A DNA stretch of 64,000 bases from a bacterium. Lineage in GTDB: Bacteria > UBA8248. Below are positions 8,269 through 19,064 of the stretch, one piece after another. A program made the position numbers and the translations under genes. Position 1 is the stretch's first letter; each line of letters opens with the position of its first letter. The stretch covers positions 2,208,001 through 2,272,000 of the forward strand of contig CBDBEV010000001.1 in the NCBI GenBank assembly GCA_965204535.1, written 5' to 3'. The notes under the pieces are model-generated. The model was not told the origin of the DNA. It ran no database searches and worked only from the letters and a program-made list of their open reading frames with translations.

Positions 8269-9342
8269 TTATTCCAGCCGCACGCCGCTTTCTGCGTCGA
8301 AAAAGTGCATGCCGCCCGATTGAAAACCGAAGCGGATTTGATCGCCGGGGCTGAACTCGCGCTCGGCGTCGACTTTGGCCACCAGAAATTCCTCATTGCC
8401 GCAGGAGAAGAAAACCAGCGTTTCGTCTCCCAGCGGTTCGATGAGCCTGACCTCCGCGGTCGCGCCCTCATCCCCGATTGTCACGTTCTCGGAACGCACG
8501 CCGAGGTTGATCGCTTTGTCTATAGCGGAGCCGGGCACAGCGCCAGGCTCGATGCTCAGCTCGAAATATTCGGAGACGAACTTCGAGGAGTCGCTGTTCT
8601 CGATGCGTCCCGAGATCACGTTCATCGTCGGCTGGCCGAAGAACGTGCCCACGAACTGGTTGGTTGGTTTTCTGTATATCCCGAGCGGGGTGTCGATCTG
8701 CTGCACGTATCCGCGGTCCATGACCATGATGCGGTCCGCCATCGTCATGGCTTCGGCCTGATCGTGGGTGACGTAGACGAAGGTGGATTTGAGTTCCTCG
8801 TGGAGGCGCTTGAGTTCGGTGCGCATCTCGATGCGCAGCTTGGCGTCCAGGCTGGACAGCGGCTCGTCCATGAGCAGGACTTGCGGCTGGGTAATGATCG
8901 TTCGCGCGAGCGCCACCCGCTGCGCCTCGCCGCCCGAGCACTGGGCGGGTTTTTTGGATAGCAGGTGGGATATCTTCATGGTCGTGGCGACTCTGGAAAC
9001 CCGCTCTTTCACGTCTGTTTCCCCGGTCTTGTCCACGCGCAGACCGAAAGCGATGTTCTCGAAGACGGTCATGTGAGGGAACAGGGCGAGGTCCTGGAAC
9101 ACCATGCCCAGGCCGCGGTCGCCCGGTTCGAGGTGGTTCACCATGCGGTCGCCGATGAACATCGTACCGCTCGTGGGTTCCTCGAATCCGGAGATCATGT
9201 TGAGCGTGGTGGTTTTTCCGCAGCCCGACGGCCCGACCACCACCATGAACTCGCCGTCACTCACCTCGAGGTCAACGCCCGCAACGGCGGTGACGGTTTC
9301 ACCGAATTTTTTCACCAGGTTTTGGAGTGTAATGGAGGCCAC
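8269..9342 (-). CDS. Carbohydrate ABC transporter ATP-binding protein (MalK/UgpC-like)
   Basis: Walker A GPSGCGKTT, CSGGEAQRVALAR, LMDEP, YVTHDQAEA, C-terminal TOBE-like region; GTG start inferred from RBS. Confidence 0.93.
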   Translation of the reverse strand: MASITLQNLVKKFGETVTAVAGVDLEVSDGEFMVVVGPSGCGKTTTLNMISGFEEPTSGTMFIGDRMVNHLEPGDRGLGMVFQDLALFPHMTVFENIAFGLRVDKTGETDVKERVSRVATTMKISHLLSKKPAQCSGGEAQRVALARTIITQPQVLLMDEPLSSLDAKLRIEMRTELKRLHEELKSTFVYVTHDQAEAMTMADRIMVMDRGYVQQIDTPLGIYRKPTNQFVGTFFGQPTMNVISGRIENSDSSKFVSEYFELSIEPGAVPGSAIDKAINLGVRSENVTIGDEGATAEVRLIEPLGDETLVFFSCGNEEFLVAKVDAEREFSPGDQIRFGFQSGGMHFFDAESGVRLE

Positions 9343-9697
9343 CGTATTTTTCCCCTTCAAATTCGATGGTCAATAGACATCGCCACAAACCAAAGGGCGA
9401 TGCGCTGCTTAGTCGTGAACTCTGATGAGTCTATTATGCACATGTTTGTTCTGATTTTCAAATTCTTCATGTTTTTCATACGTTTGTAAAGCCCAGGTTA
9501 TGTGAGGGGATTCAAGTTTCTCGTATTTTCTGATTTGGTTCATGGGCCGCTGCTCGGCCATTGATTTCTTGTCACTTTGCTACCTGGGCTTAAACAACCG
9601 TGAACTTCGGGATTCTTCTTTCAATTTCCCCATGTTGAATTTATTTGCATAATTGTTTAGTAGAACTAAGCAACGCTCCAACCACATTGATGCCCGG

Positions 9698-10408
9698 ATG
9701 ATGATGGGGGCAACGTTGGCTGAAAAAATTCTCATCGTGGAAGACGAGATCGACATTCGCGAACTCCTCACCTACAACCTCCAACGGGAGGGATTCGGGG
9801 TCGTGGGCGCGGCCAATGGCGAAGATGCCCTGGAAGCGCTCCAGAGCGAGCAGCTCCAACTGATTGTTCTCGACCTCATGCTTCCCGATATATCCGGCCT
9901 CGAGATTTGCCGCCATATCCGGCGGGATTCCGCGCTGAGCCGGCTGCCCGTGATCATGCTGACCGCCAAGGGAGAAGAGGTGGACCGCATCGTCGGTTTC
10001 GAGTTGGGCGCGGACGATTACGTGACCAAGCCCTTCAACATCCGGGAAATGATCCTGCGCGTTAAAGCGGTGCTCGCGCGAGCGAAAACGACGCCGGCTG
10101 CGGGAAAATCACTCAGGCGCGGACCGCTGACCATCGACTCCGAGCAATACGAAGCGTCGGTGGACGGACGCCAACTCTCCCTGACGGCGACGGAATTTCG
10201 TCTTTTGCACCACCTGGCCGCTCACCCCGGTTTCGCCCGAAATCGCGACGAGTTGCTTGATGTCATCTGGGGAGAAGATAAATTCGTCACTCCCCGCACG
10301 GTGGACACGTATATCCGCCGCCTGCGGGAGAAGCTCGGCCCGGCGGGGGATATGATCCAGACGCTTCGAGGCGTGGGGTACCGGTTCAAGAAGATGTCCG
10401 AAGAGTAG
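9698..10408 (+). CDS. phoB: Phosphate regulon response regulator (OmpR family)
   Basis: REC domain (ILIVEDE, LDLMLP, LTAKGEEVDRIVG, ADDYVTKPF) plus winged helix (RTVDTYIRRLREKL); adjacent to pst operon. Exact start uncertain. Confidence 0.88.
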   Translation: MMMGATLAEKILIVEDEIDIRELLTYNLQREGFGVVGAANGEDALEALQSEQLQLIVLDLMLPDISGLEICRHIRRDSALSRLPVIMLTAKGEEVDRIVGFELGADDYVTKPFNIREMILRVKAVLARAKTTPAAGKSLRRGPLTIDSEQYEASVDGRQLSLTATEFRLLHHLAAHPGFARNRDELLDVIWGEDKFVTPRTVDTYIRRLREKLGPAGDMIQTLRGVGYRFKKMSEE

Positions 10409-10438
10409 TCCTCCTCGCCACCCGGAGGAAACCCGCAT

Positions 10439-12214
10439 ATGCGCAGATCCTTCTACAAGAAACTGATGGCGAGTTATCTCGTCGTCATCACCGTGGTGTT
10501 CTCGGCGGGGATGATTTACCTCCATTTCGGTCTCTCGGCCCAGTTGATGGAACAGGCGGAGGAGAACCTCGCCCGCAACGCGCGGCTAGCCCGCCGTCAA
10601 CTGGTTTCCTCGATTTCGGCGAACCCGCAAAGTGATCGCATGAATGTAGTCGCCGAGGAAATCGGCCGCGCGCTCGGCGTGCGCGTGACGGTCATATCCG
10701 CCTCGGGAAAGCTGCTCGCGGACTCCGACCTCGCGCTCGATGGCTCCGAACGAGCCGAGAGCCGCGCCGACAGGCCCGAAGTCATCGCGGCGAAAGAAAA
10801 GAGGATAGGCTCCAGCGTCCGTCGCAGCCCGAGGGGCGAGGGAGACTTGCTCTATCTGGCTCTTCCGATTAACGCGGGTCCGGTGTCCGGCGGCGTAATT
10901 CGGTTGGCCATGAGTCTTCGGGAAATCGAAGAGACCATCGCCGAGATGCGGGGTCTTCTCCTGGTGGCCGGCGCTCTCGCGTTTTTGCTCGCCATCGCGG
11001 TCAGTTTCGGGGCCGGCGTTATCGTACGCCGGGGGTTCGATGAGATTTATAGATCCGTGCAGAAGATTGCCCGCGGCGACTTCAGTTACCGCATCGCTTC
11101 GAGACGGCAGGATGAGTTGGGCGAACTCGCGCGGACCATGGACCAGCTCGCTTCGGAGGTGGAAGCCCGTCTCGATGAGCTGCGCAACGAGCGCGACAGG
11201 CTGGAAGCGATTCTCGAGGGAATGACCGAGGGCGTCATGGTCACCAACGCCACGGGGGATATCCTCCTCGTAAACACCGCTTTCAGGGAGTTCTTTCCCT
11301 CGCTGCCCGATTTCGAGGATGGCACGCCCATTCCTCTCGAAGCCGTGCGCTCCACCGAAGTGCAGGAAGCCGTGCGGGATATGCTCTCTCGCTCCGCGGC
11401 CCGGATGGAGCGTGAGGTGGAAGTCCTGCCCGCGCGCACGCTGACCTTACACGCCAAGCGGGCGAGAGCGGAGGGAGAATCGAACCTCGTCCTGGTGTTT
11501 CACGACGTCACCGAGGTGAAACGGCTCGCAGGAATACGGCGCGAATTCACCGCCAACGTCTCTCATGAGTTGCGCACGCCCTTGACGGCGATACAGTGGG
11601 CGGCCCAGACGCTCGAGGTGACTGCGCAATCAGACCCCGAGGCGACGCGGCGCTTCGCCTCGACCATCAACCGCCACGCGCGGCGCCTCTCGGCCCTGGT
11701 CGAGGACCTGCTCGAACTCGGGAGGATAGAATCCAAGGAAGAGCACGTCCGCCTCCAGGAAGTTTCCATACAGAGCGCGATGGACTCGGTCGCGCACACC
11801 CTGGCCCCCGTTGTCGAGAAAAGAGGCGTTCGCCTGGACCTGCGGGTTCCTGAAGAAGCCGACCACGTCCGGGCGGACCCGGCAGCTCTGGAGCGAGTCC
11901 TCATCAATCTGGCCGAAAACGGGGTGAATTACAGTTCCGAGGGCGGCGAAATCACCGTGTCCGGACACCTGCGCGAAGATGGCTTCGTCGAGGTTTCGGT
12001 GGCCGATCAGGGAGAGGGGATCCCCCCCGAGCATCTTCCCCGGATATTCGAGCGCTTCTACCGAGTGGATTCGGCCCGCGCTCGGGAGAACGGGGGCACC
12101 GGCCTGGGGCTTTCCATCGTGAAGCATCTCGTTCAGGAGATGGGCGGCGACGTCTGGGTCGATAGCACGCCGGGCCGGGGCTCCACCTTCCACTTCACCG
12201 TTCCCACGCCCTGA
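10439..12214 (+). CDS. phoR: Phosphate regulon sensor histidine kinase
   Basis: Two TMs, HAMP, PAS, H-box ANVSHELRTPL, ERFYRVDSARAR, GGTGLGL. Confidence 0.9.
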   Translation: MRRSFYKKLMASYLVVITVVFSAGMIYLHFGLSAQLMEQAEENLARNARLARRQLVSSISANPQSDRMNVVAEEIGRALGVRVTVISASGKLLADSDLALDGSERAESRADRPEVIAAKEKRIGSSVRRSPRGEGDLLYLALPINAGPVSGGVIRLAMSLREIEETIAEMRGLLLVAGALAFLLAIAVSFGAGVIVRRGFDEIYRSVQKIARGDFSYRIASRRQDELGELARTMDQLASEVEARLDELRNERDRLEAILEGMTEGVMVTNATGDILLVNTAFREFFPSLPDFEDGTPIPLEAVRSTEVQEAVRDMLSRSAARMEREVEVLPARTLTLHAKRARAEGESNLVLVFHDVTEVKRLAGIRREFTANVSHELRTPLTAIQWAAQTLEVTAQSDPEATRRFASTINRHARRLSALVEDLLELGRIESKEEHVRLQEVSIQSAMDSVAHTLAPVVEKRGVRLDLRVPEEADHVRADPAALERVLINLAENGVNYSSEGGEITVSGHLREDGFVEVSVADQGEGIPPEHLPRIFERFYRVDSARARENGGTGLGLSIVKHLVQEMGGDVWVDSTPGRGSTFHFTVPTP

Positions 12215-12570
12215 GCGGGGCCGGCACCTTCTAATATAGGTTTTGGTTCGGGCCGGTTTCATTGCGGGGGCGGATTTGACCCTTGCGCCCCTCGATGCGC
12301 GAAACGAAGCCGGCATCCCGAAAACCGGATTTGTCCAAAAAATCACTCGATTGCCATCCGTTCGTAACATTCCCTGTCCATTTTTTCTCTATAGTCCACC
12401 TCGTTCGGAGAGCAATCGCAGGACGAAGCACTTTTGCTCAGGGCTGTCGCCACACAGCCGCCTCAAGAAGCGATGAAGTTCTCCGGGCAAAGAAGCGCGC
12501 AGTCCATGGGGAATGCGGGAAGGTAGAGATTCACAAGTGTGGGAAGAGAGGGTCCGTCCGTGTCTCTGTA

Positions 12571-12603
12571 TGTTCACAGTTTTGTCACGAAAATGTAACA
12601 AAG
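12571..12603 (+). promoter_or_regulatory. Pho box (three 11-bp-spaced half sites) upstream of pstS
   Basis: GTTCAC (12572), TGTCAC (12583), TGTAAC (12594) at exact 11-bp period, matching the PhoB TGTCA repeat. Confidence 0.8.
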
Positions 12604-12652
12604 TATTTCGTTTTTTCCTGTAGTTTCAATCCACCCATAGGAGGAAGTGAGA

Positions 12653-13654
12653 ATGAGCAGGTTTTCCAGGATTTGCGGTTTGGCCTTCGCGGCTGCGATT
12701 TGCCTCGTGCTCGTAGCGCAGCCCGCCGGCGCGGCCCTGATGGTGGACAAGAAGTTGCCCGCCTACAAGGCCACCAGCGGCGTTTCCGGGAACGTGAAGT
12801 CCGTCGGCTCGGATACGCTGAACAACCTCATGACGCTCTGGGCCGAGGGCTTCAGGCGTTCCTACCCGGACGTGAAAATCGAGATCGAGGGCAAAGGCTC
12901 TTCGACGGCACCTCCCGCGCTCATCGCCGGCACCTCGAACTTCGGCCCGATGTCGCGCGCCATGAAATCGAAGGAAACGGACGCTTTCGAGAAGAAGTTC
13001 GGCTATAAACCGGGCCGCATCCGCGTCGCCGTGGACGCCCTGGCCGTCTTCACGAACAAGGACAACCCTCTCAAGTGTCTGAGCCTGCCGCAGGTCGACG
13101 CCATTTTCTCCAAGACCCGCAAGGGCGGCATGAAGACCGATATCGCTACGTGGGGCGAGGTCGGCCTCAAGGGCATGTGGGCGAGCAAGCCCATTTCCGT
13201 CTATGGCCGCAACTCGGCTTCCGGCACGTACGGCTACTTCAAGAAAGTGGCCCTCTATAAAGGCGACTACAAAGACTCCGTGAAAGAACAGCCCGGTTCC
13301 TCGGCTGTGGTGCAGGGCGTGGCTTCCGATAAGTTCGCCATCGGCTACTCGGGCATCGGCTACAAGACAGCAGACGTGATCGCACTTCCGGTGTCCAAAA
13401 AGACCGGCGGCAAATGCTACGGCCCCGAAGCCAAGAACGCCTATTCGGGCAACTACCCGGTCGCGCGTTTCCTCTACATCTACGTCAACAAGAACCCGAA
13501 CCAGCCGCTCGACCCCCTGAGAGCCCAGTTCGTCAAGTACATCTTCTCGAAGGAAGGCCAGCAGGCCGTCATCAAAGCGGGGTTTTTCCCGGTGAACGCG
13601 GCCATCGCGAAACTGGATCTCGGCGGCCTCGGCCTCGGGTTGGGAAGCAACTAG
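12653..13654 (+). CDS. pstS: Phosphate ABC transporter substrate-binding protein
   Basis: SVGSDT, EGKGSSTAPPAL, GRNSASGTYGYFK, YPVARFLYIYVNK; RBS AGGAGG. Confidence 0.95.
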   Translation: MSRFSRICGLAFAAAICLVLVAQPAGAALMVDKKLPAYKATSGVSGNVKSVGSDTLNNLMTLWAEGFRRSYPDVKIEIEGKGSSTAPPALIAGTSNFGPMSRAMKSKETDAFEKKFGYKPGRIRVAVDALAVFTNKDNPLKCLSLPQVDAIFSKTRKGGMKTDIATWGEVGLKGMWASKPISVYGRNSASGTYGYFKKVALYKGDYKDSVKEQPGSSAVVQGVASDKFAIGYSGIGYKTADVIALPVSKKTGGKCYGPEAKNAYSGNYPVARFLYIYVNKNPNQPLDPLRAQFVKYIFSKEGQQAVIKAGFFPVNAAIAKLDLGGLGLGLGSN

Positions 13655-13673
13655 TTTTTCCACACAGCGCGGC

Positions 13674-13719
13674 GGCGGGGACGGCGGAGTTGATTCGCCG
13701 TCCCCCCGCTTTCATTTTT
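13674..13719 (+). terminator. Intercistronic stem-loop after pstS
   Basis: ggggacggcgga/ttcgccgtcccc inverted repeat followed by a T-rich run. Confidence 0.6.
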
Positions 13720-13732
13720 GAAAAAGAGAGAT

Positions 13733-16366
13733 ATGAGCGAAGGCCGGGTTTCAGACGCTGAGGATAAAGAACCGAGAAAGCCGGGCCGGACGCGCGACTT
13801 GAGGGCAAGACAATCCGTCCGGATCATCGACAAGCTCGCCACCAATATCATCACCGTCGGCGGGCTCTTCGTGATTCTGGCCGTGCTCGGGATCATGGCG
13901 TTTCTCGTGGCAGTGGCCTTGCCGTTATTCGCCGGAGAAACGATAACCGGCTCGGGCGTCTTCCGGGTCGCTGCGCCCAAGAGCTCTCTCCTCAGCGTCG
14001 AGGTGGACGATTACAACACCATCGCCGTTCTGGTTTCGAAAGACGGCGTGTTGACGCCCGTCCACGCATCGACCGGAAAACCGCTCGCGACGTTGAAACT
14101 CGATTTCGAGGGCGCCGAGGCGAGCGCTTTCGGGCGAACGCTCAAGAGCGGAAACGTCGCCTTCGGCTTTCCCGACGGAACGGTCCGGTTCGGAAAGATC
14201 GTCTTCCGCACACAGATATTGCCGGCCGAAAGGGTTCCGAAGGGACTCACCAAAATCGACGAGCGTGATTTCACCGACGGCAAGGTCGTTTATTCGCGGA
14301 TTCCGGGCGACCAGATGCGGAAGATCTGGGTGGAAGCGGAAGTCAAGGAACCGCAGGAGGTGGCGCCGCAAGGGACGCCCATCGTGAAACTCGACTACAA
14401 GGTGGGAGGAACGCCCGAGCGGCCGAGCATCTCCTTCGCCACGGTAGACGCCGAGGGCGTGGCGCGCCTGAGCCTGACGGAGACGAAGGTCAATCTCCTG
14501 ACGGGGCGGACCACCTCGTCCGTGGAGAGCGTGGTTCTACCCGATTTGCCGCCCGGAACGCGCATCGTCGACATACTCCTCACGGAAAAGGCCGACAAGG
14601 TGTACATCGGCGTCGAGAAAGGCTTCCTGCTTCGCTACGACACCAGGAGCTTCGACGCCATTACTCTCGTGGAGAAGCGCGATCTGCTTCCCATGGATGA
14701 GAAGCTGACAGTGTTCAAGGCCCTCATCGGCGAGGAATCCATCGTCGTGGGAGGCTCCAGGGGCTCATTGAGCATCTTCTTCCAGGCGCGCAGGCCGGGC
14801 GCCACCACCTCGGACGGACTGGTGTTGGTGCGCGGCCATGAACTGGAGAAGCACGCCGCCGCCGTTTCGGGTTTTTCCACCTCCCAGCGCAGCCGGATGT
14901 TCGTCACGATGGGCTCGGGCGGAGACATCTGGCTTCGCCATGCCACGAGCGAGTCGACGCTGCTGCGCTTCAAGATGAAGGACATGACCGGCTCTGCGCG
15001 ATACATTCGCCTTTCCCCGCGCGATGACGCCATCGTCGCCACGGACGAGAAGGGCGTGGTGAATTTCTGGAAATTCGAGGCCGAACACCCCGAGACGACC
15101 TTTCATACCCTGTTCGGAAAAGTCTGGTACGAAGGCTACCCCAAACCCGAGTATACATGGCAATCCTCCTCGGGAGACGATGCGTTCGAGGAGAAGATTT
15201 CCCTCATCCCCCTGATATTCGGGACCATCAAGGGAACGGTTTATTCTCTCATCTTCGCGATACCCATCGCGGTGCTGGGCGCTATTTTCACCTCCGAGTT
15301 CATCGGCCCGGAAGTGCGCTCCGTCGTGAAGCCCGCGATGGAGATGATGGCCTCGCTCCCCTCGGTGGTTCTCGGCTTCGTGGCCGCCCTGATTCTCGCG
15401 CCCATTGTGGAAACGTGGATTGCCGCGGTCTTGCTCACGTTCATGCTGATCCCGTTTCTGCTGTTGCTTTCGGCTTATTTGTGGCAGGTGATGCCGCCGC
15501 GTGTCTCCCTCCCCCTGTCGGGATTTCCCAAGCTCGGCCTGGTGTTCTTCGTCATCATCCTGGGTTCACTGCTCGGCTATCTTATCGGGCCGGGATTCGA
15601 GAGGCTCTTGTTCGGCGGGGACTTCAAGGCCTGGGCGAACGGAAACATCGGGATAGCGACGCCGATGTTGTTCATCATTTTTTATCCCGTGTCATTCATA
15701 CTCGTTGCTTTCCTGGCCGAGCGGTTTTTGGGATATGGATGGAGACAAAAACTCAGACAGATGGACCATTCACGGGGTGCGCTCTTCGAGCTTCTTCGCT
15801 GGGGCGGCATGCTGGTCGCCGCCGGACTGCTGAGCTGGGTGACGGCCGTGGTGCTCACGGCACTCGGTCTGGATGCGCGCGGCGGGGTCATCGACACCTA
15901 TGTCCAGCGCAACTCCCTCGTCGTGGGCTTCGCAATGGGTTTCGCCGTCATCCCGCTCATCTACACCATCGCCGAAGACGCGCTCAACTCCGTGCCCGGC
16001 CACTTGAGAGCGGCGAGCCTCGCTTGCGGCGCCACGCCCTGGCAGACGGCGCTTTGGGTCATCCTGCCCACTGCGGCCAGCGGGATTTTCGCCGCCGTGA
16101 TGATCGGCATGGGCCGCGCGGTGGGCGAAACGATGATCGTCGTCATGGCGGCGGGCAACACCCCGGTTCTGGACTGGAACATTTTCTCGGGCCTCAGGGC
16201 GCTTTCGGCGAACATTGCGGTGGAGCTTCCAGAAGCCGTCAAGGACGGGACCCTCTACCGGGTGCTGTTCCTGGCGGCCCTCGTTCTCTTCGCGATGACG
16301 TTCGTCGTCAATACGATTGCAGAGGTGGTTCGCCTGCGCTTCCGCAAGCGCGCCTCGCAGTTGTGA
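13733..16366 (+). CDS. pstC: Phosphate ABC transporter permease PstC, long form with large beta-rich periplasmic domain
   Basis: KPAMEMMASLPSVVLG, AEDALNSVP, GRAVGETMIVVMAAGN; extended N-terminal insert. Confidence 0.92.
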   Translation: MSEGRVSDAEDKEPRKPGRTRDLRARQSVRIIDKLATNIITVGGLFVILAVLGIMAFLVAVALPLFAGETITGSGVFRVAAPKSSLLSVEVDDYNTIAVLVSKDGVLTPVHASTGKPLATLKLDFEGAEASAFGRTLKSGNVAFGFPDGTVRFGKIVFRTQILPAERVPKGLTKIDERDFTDGKVVYSRIPGDQMRKIWVEAEVKEPQEVAPQGTPIVKLDYKVGGTPERPSISFATVDAEGVARLSLTETKVNLLTGRTTSSVESVVLPDLPPGTRIVDILLTEKADKVYIGVEKGFLLRYDTRSFDAITLVEKRDLLPMDEKLTVFKALIGEESIVVGGSRGSLSIFFQARRPGATTSDGLVLVRGHELEKHAAAVSGFSTSQRSRMFVTMGSGGDIWLRHATSESTLLRFKMKDMTGSARYIRLSPRDDAIVATDEKGVVNFWKFEAEHPETTFHTLFGKVWYEGYPKPEYTWQSSSGDDAFEEKISLIPLIFGTIKGTVYSLIFAIPIAVLGAIFTSEFIGPEVRSVVKPAMEMMASLPSVVLGFVAALILAPIVETWIAAVLLTFMLIPFLLLLSAYLWQVMPPRVSLPLSGFPKLGLVFFVIILGSLLGYLIGPGFERLLFGGDFKAWANGNIGIATPMLFIIFYPVSFILVAFLAERFLGYGWRQKLRQMDHSRGALFELLRWGGMLVAAGLLSWVTAVVLTALGLDARGGVIDTYVQRNSLVVGFAMGFAVIPLIYTIAEDALNSVPGHLRAASLACGATPWQTALWVILPTAASGIFAAVMIGMGRAVGETMIVVMAAGNTPVLDWNIFSGLRALSANIAVELPEAVKDGTLYRVLFLAALVLFAMTFVVNTIAEVVRLRFRKRASQL

Positions 16367-16373
16367 GGACAGG

Positions 16374-18200
16374 ATGAAGGCGAAAGAACCCAAGAAGAGA
16401 AAAGAAAAGAGAGAAACGGAAATACCCAGCCTGGAAGGGGACTCGGGCAACCATAAAGAGCCTGCTCCTGAAGTGGCGCAGCCCACCGGGGCGGGCGTAA
16501 GCCCGCCCGGCAGGACGGGACTTCGGGCGGCACTCGATTTCAAGGCCAGAGGCGAACCCTTCATCTGGGTCATGGGAGGTGCGCTCGCTCTGGGCGTATT
16601 GATGATCATCGGTTTTCTCGCGCTCGTCCTGTGGAACGGCATCGTGACGTTCTACCCGGGACCCGTCGAGGTGGTGACGCTCAAGAACGGCAAGCAAATC
16701 GCCGGCGAGCCGTTCCGATCTGAGAGTTTCCGCCCCTCCGAGGAGCAGTTGAAAGGAGTCGACCCGGAATCCCGGCGCGCCATCCGGGCGGCGGACGGGT
16801 CTGCGAGCCGCACGCTCTATAGAATCGGAAATTTCGACATCTATAACGAAGACTTCAAGTGGGCGGTGGCGCATCAGGTGGCCAAAACCGAGACGCCGCC
16901 CGGCATATTCTTCGTCGAGCGCAGGGAGTGGGGCCCGTTCATCGGTTTTATTGAAGAGTTGACGCTCGACGGCCGCCGGATCCCGGGCGAAAAAGTATCC
17001 CTGGATGCGTTGTACGCGGCCCACGGTGAGGCGGTCGATCGCAGGGAGGCCGTTCGCTACATCGAGGTGGATGAGATAGGCGCCATCAACTACTACATCG
17101 AAGAAGATAGGCTCGCCCTGCGGCGCACCGAACTCGATTACGGGAAGAAGAGTGCGGAGTATCGCACCGAGAAAGAGGAGTTCGAACGCCAGACGAAGGA
17201 GAGGCGGGCCGGATTCGTTGTACTTAAGAAGCGAATCGCCGCTGTCAACGAAGAGGATGAGAAATTCAAAATCACCCTCCGGGAGATCGGCGGACGCGAG
17301 AAACGTTTAAGGCTCTCGGAACTCGTCCGCATCTACCCGGCCAACGACCTGTCGTTCTTCGGGAAGATGGGCGTCTATTTCTCCCGGTGGGGCGAGTTTT
17401 TGACCGATGACCCGCGCGAAGCGAATACCGAGGGCGGCGTTCTGCCTGCGATTTTCGGCACCGTCATGATGACGCTGCTGATGGTCGTCTTCGTAGCCCC
17501 TTTCGGCGTTGTCACGGCACTCTATCTGCGTGAATACGCCAAGCAGGGCACCCTGGTCTCCATCGTTCGCATCTGCGTGAACAACCTCGCGGGCGTGCCC
17601 TCCATCGTCTACGGCGTGTTCGGCCTGGGGTTTTTCGCCTATACCATCGGAATTAGAATCGACCAGTTGTTCTACCCGGAGAAGCTGCCCAATCCCACGT
17701 TCGGCACGGGCGGTCTCTTGTGGGCGTCATTGACGCTGGCGCTCCTCACCGTTCCCGTGGTGATCGTGGCGACCGAGGAGGCACTCGCCGCCGTGCCCCG
17801 CTCCATGCGGGAGGGTTCTCTCGCCTGCGGCGCCTCGAAATGGCAGACCATACGGAACATCGTCCTGCCCCAGGCCATGCCGGGCATCATGACCGGGCTC
17901 ATACTGGCGATGGCGCGCGGGGCGGGCGAAGTGGCGCCCCTCATGCTTGTGGGGGTGGTGAAACTCGCGCCCGAGCTTCCTTTCGACTCCTTCTTCCCGT
18001 TCCTGCACCCCGAGAGGAGCTTCATGCACCTGGGTTTCCACATCTACGACGTGGGATTCCAGTCCAGGAACTCGGAAGCGGGGAAACCGATGGTTTTCGT
18101 CACGACGCTTCTTCTGATCACGATCATCGCTTTCATGAACGCTTTCGCCATCATGGTTCGCAACCGCCTTCGCCGGAAGTTCGTAGAAGGCCAATTCTAG
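16374..18200 (+). CDS. pstA: Phosphate ABC transporter permease PstA, long form
   Basis: PREANTEGGVLPAIFGT, NNLAGVPSIVYGVFGL, ARGAGEVAPL. Confidence 0.93.
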   Translation: MKAKEPKKRKEKRETEIPSLEGDSGNHKEPAPEVAQPTGAGVSPPGRTGLRAALDFKARGEPFIWVMGGALALGVLMIIGFLALVLWNGIVTFYPGPVEVVTLKNGKQIAGEPFRSESFRPSEEQLKGVDPESRRAIRAADGSASRTLYRIGNFDIYNEDFKWAVAHQVAKTETPPGIFFVERREWGPFIGFIEELTLDGRRIPGEKVSLDALYAAHGEAVDRREAVRYIEVDEIGAINYYIEEDRLALRRTELDYGKKSAEYRTEKEEFERQTKERRAGFVVLKKRIAAVNEEDEKFKITLREIGGREKRLRLSELVRIYPANDLSFFGKMGVYFSRWGEFLTDDPREANTEGGVLPAIFGTVMMTLLMVVFVAPFGVVTALYLREYAKQGTLVSIVRICVNNLAGVPSIVYGVFGLGFFAYTIGIRIDQLFYPEKLPNPTFGTGGLLWASLTLALLTVPVVIVATEEALAAVPRSMREGSLACGASKWQTIRNIVLPQAMPGIMTGLILAMARGAGEVAPLMLVGVVKLAPELPFDSFFPFLHPERSFMHLGFHIYDVGFQSRNSEAGKPMVFVTTLLLITIIAFMNAFAIMVRNRLRRKFVEGQF

Positions 18201-18215
18201 TGGAGATGAATTGAA

Positions 18216-19046
18216 ATGGTGTCCAACGCGGTAATGAGCGAGCAGGAAGCCGAATTCGAGGCGACGGCGTATCACCCCGTCGAGAGTGAACTGGGCAGCG
18301 TCATCGACATCGACGACTTCAGCTTCTGGTACGGCGAGAAACAGGCCCTGTTCGACAACACCATGAAAATCCAGAAAGAACTCGTCACCGCCCTGATCGG
18401 CCCTTCGGGCTGCGGGAAATCCACGCTCCTGCGCGCGCTCAACCGCATGAACGACCTTATCGACGGCATCCGCAGCGAAGGGAAGATTGCGATTGAGGGA
18501 ACCGACATCCACGACCCTCGCGTGGAAGTCATCGAGCTTCGCAAGCGCCTCGGCATGGTGTTCCAGAAGCCCAATCCCTTCCCGATGTCGATATTCGAGA
18601 ACGTGGTCTACCCCCTGCGTGTGGACGGCATCCGCGACAGGAATCTCCTGGAGGAGACCTGTGAGCGCTCCCTGCGCGACGCCGCGCTGTGGGACGAGGT
18701 GTCCGACCGGCTCCAGGACAACGCGCTCGGCCTCTCCGGCGGTCAGCAGCAGCGCCTGTGCATCGCCCGCGCGATTGCCTCGGAACCCGAGATCATCTTG
18801 ATGGACGAGCCCTGCTCGGCGCTCGACCCCATCGCCACGGCCCGGATCGAGGATCTGATAGCGCAACTAAAGGAACATTTCTCCATCGTCATCGTGACAC
18901 ACAACATGCAGCAGGCCGCCCGCGTCTCGGACAACACGGCTTTCATGTTCCTGGGCCGGTTGATTGAGTATGGGGAGACGAAGAAAATTTTCATGAACCC
19001 CATGAACGTGCGCACTTCTGATTACATCACCGGCCGATTCGGCTAG
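18216..19046 (+). CDS. pstB: Phosphate ABC transporter ATP-binding protein
   Basis: [38 protein letters not shown], terminal DYITGRFG. Confidence 0.97.
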   Translation: MVSNAVMSEQEAEFEATAYHPVESELGSVIDIDDFSFWYGEKQALFDNTMKIQKELVTALIGPSGCGKSTLLRALNRMNDLIDGIRSEGKIAIEGTDIHDPRVEVIELRKRLGMVFQKPNPFPMSIFENVVYPLRVDGIRDRNLLEETCERSLRDAALWDEVSDRLQDNALGLSGGQQQRLCIARAIASEPEIILMDEPCSALDPIATARIEDLIAQLKEHFSIVIVTHNMQQAARVSDNTAFMFLGRLIEYGETKKIFMNPMNVRTSDYITGRFG

Positions 19047-19064
19047 GCGCTGGAGGAGATTTGC

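Noticed and set aside
9421-9460. CTGATGAG hammerhead-like core upstream of the sugar ATPase
   Set aside because: No flanking stems or GAAA partner.
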